In this document: one piece after another, positions 52,777 to 54,219 of the stretch | How the letters are laid out: each line of letters opens with the position of its first letter | How positions within the stretch are numbered: position 1 is the stretch's first letter | Assembly: GCA_018398765.1 (NCBI GenBank) | Contig: JAHBMJ010000204.1 | Span: forward strand, 1 to 54,219 | Length of the DNA stretch: 54,219 nucleotides | Source of the DNA: Chromera velia | Lineage: Eukaryota | Reading direction: 5' to 3' | Notes under the pieces: model-generated | Told to the model about the DNA's origin: nothing | Seen by the model: the letters and a program-made list of their open reading frames with translations, nothing else | Databases searched by the model: none | Translations under genes and position numbers: made by a program

Positions 52777-53506
52777 TGGTGGGGCAAAGGTGTTTTTATG
52801 AAGCTTAAAAAAATTGAAGTTTGCTATAAACAGTATATCATCAGCTGGTGGGGCAAAGGTTTTTTTGTAAAGCTTAAAAAATTTGAAGTTTGCTGCAAAC
52901 AGTATGTCATGAGCCGGCAGGGCAAAAGTTTTTTTGTGAAGGTTAAAAAATTTGAAGTTTGCTACGAACAGTATGCCATGAGCCGGTGGGGCAAAGGTTT
53001 TTTTGTGAAGGTTAAAAAAATTGAAGTTTGCTGCAAACAATATGTTATGAGTAGTTATGAGCCGGTAGGGCAAAAGGTTTTTTATGAAGGTTAAAAAATT
53101 TGAAGTTTGCTGCAAACAGTATGCTATGAGCTGGTGGGGCAAAAATTTTTTATGAAGCCTAAAAAAATTGAATTAAGTTTGCTGCGAACAGTATATGCCA
53201 TGAGTTGGTGGGGCAAAGGTTTTTTTATAAAAGTTAAAAAATTTGAAGTTTGTTGCGAACAGTATACCATGAACTGGTGAGGCAAAGGTTTTTTTGTAAA
53301 GATTACAAAAATTGAAGTTTGCTGTGAACAGTATGCCATGAGCTGCATGGTGGGGTAAAGGATTTTCTGTGAAGGTTAAAAAATCTGAAGTTTGCTGTGA
53401 ACAGTATGCCATGAGCTGGTGGGGCAAAGGTTTTTTTGTAAAGCTTAAAAATTTTGAAGTTTGCTGCAAACAGTATATCATAAGCCGGTGGGGCAAAGGT
53501 TTTTTT
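52777..53506. repeat. Diverged 69-bp tandem satellite, about 10 copies
   Basis: Unit approximately GAGCTGGTGGGGCAAAGGTTTTTTTGTGAAGGTTAAAAAATTTGAAGTTTGCTGCAAACAGTATGCCAT; equivalent positions at 52777, 52846, 52915, 52984. Confidence 0.95.
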
Positions 53507-54219
53507 ATAGGGGTATAAGAACGGGGGAGGGGGGTGCGTTCGAGCTCTTAGGACTCCAGATCCGACGGGGTCCCCCCCGTTTGAGCTCTAGAGAGATCAG
53601 ACCCCTTTGAACGGGGACCCCCCCGTTCGGAGAGCTCTAGGTGAAAAAAAGTGCTAGATCATGAAGACAACCTAGATGATGACCTTCATGAAGCCTAAAC
53701 TATTCTCAACTCTAATTTAAAACATACTTAAACTTCTGAAATTCTAGCTAAAATCTTCTTGTAACATTTTGTAACTTGAATAAAATTAACTTTAGCATCA
53801 ATTGAATTCAACTCCGTCATGAAGTGTCATTAATCAGCTTCTAGTTTTTTCTAATTTGTCATTAAACAAAGAATGGTAGAGGCAGAAACACTTACGATAT
53901 AGATATTAGGTGATCGATGTGCCCTTATGTATCAGGGTAGTCGTTGTCACTCAGTGCACCTACAGAAAGGCAGCCAAAATTCTCGGTGAGCCAGTCAGAT
54001 CTCAATGGGGTCCGGGCTTGAGCAGCAGAATCAGCAGTAGTGAGCGGTGTGAGGGCATCACAGTCAGCAGCAGTGTAAAGCAAAAGAAAACAGAACAACC
54101 ATACAAGAAAGCGACTGTTCACAGAAGGTGGGATATGGCGGGGCAGATAAATCATTCAATGACAGACTCGAAAAATTAATTTTGATCGCGCGCACAAACT
54201 CCACGCGGTCCCCCCCCCC
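53507..54219 (-). mobile_element. Second copy of the hAT-like non-autonomous element, running off the window end
   Basis: Reverse complement of about 12770-13501, colinear except for one non-homologous internal segment (53927-53997) and a 10-bp indel. Confidence 0.9.

Noticed and set aside
52777..53506. 69-bp repeats as a CRISPR array or a 23-aa repeat protein
   Set aside because: No unique spacers, eukaryotic context, no cas genes; frames are broken by indels and stops.

Overview
Eukaryotic, intron-rich genomic DNA; probably an alveolate of the chromerid/apicomplexan-related kind (inferred from TGCATGCAG-type acceptors, an ERD2-like receptor, a HET-like+LRR protein and microsatellite-filled GT-AG introns). 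Most ORFs in the supplied track are microsatellite artefacts. Manual splicing supports five genes: (1) a 5'-partial CAP/SCP-domain gene (+, 1155 to about 6260) preceded by a perfect 46-bp minisatellite; (2) an ankyrin-repeat pseudogene (-, about 10134-15206) with one repeat per exon, a triplicated two-exon unit, an in-frame stop, three broken splice sites and an intronic hAT element; (3) head-to-head with it, an intact 6-exon HET-like + LRR gene (+, 16233-20169); (4) an ERD2/KDEL-receptor-like gene (-, 22822-25322); (5) a 25.5-kb kinesin-3-like gene (+, 26325-51878) whose FHA domain is split by a long insertion and which has a 1.3-kb intronic TTC/GAA tract. AT-rich intergenic islands hold non-autonomous DNA transposons (two hAT deletion derivatives, several MITEs), a possible LINE remnant and a 69-bp satellite beside an assembly gap. 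The most notable signal is near-exclusive C>T/G>A divergence, mostly at CpA, between repeat copies, which suggests RIP-like or methylation-driven repeat hypermutation. All alignments and counts were done by hand.
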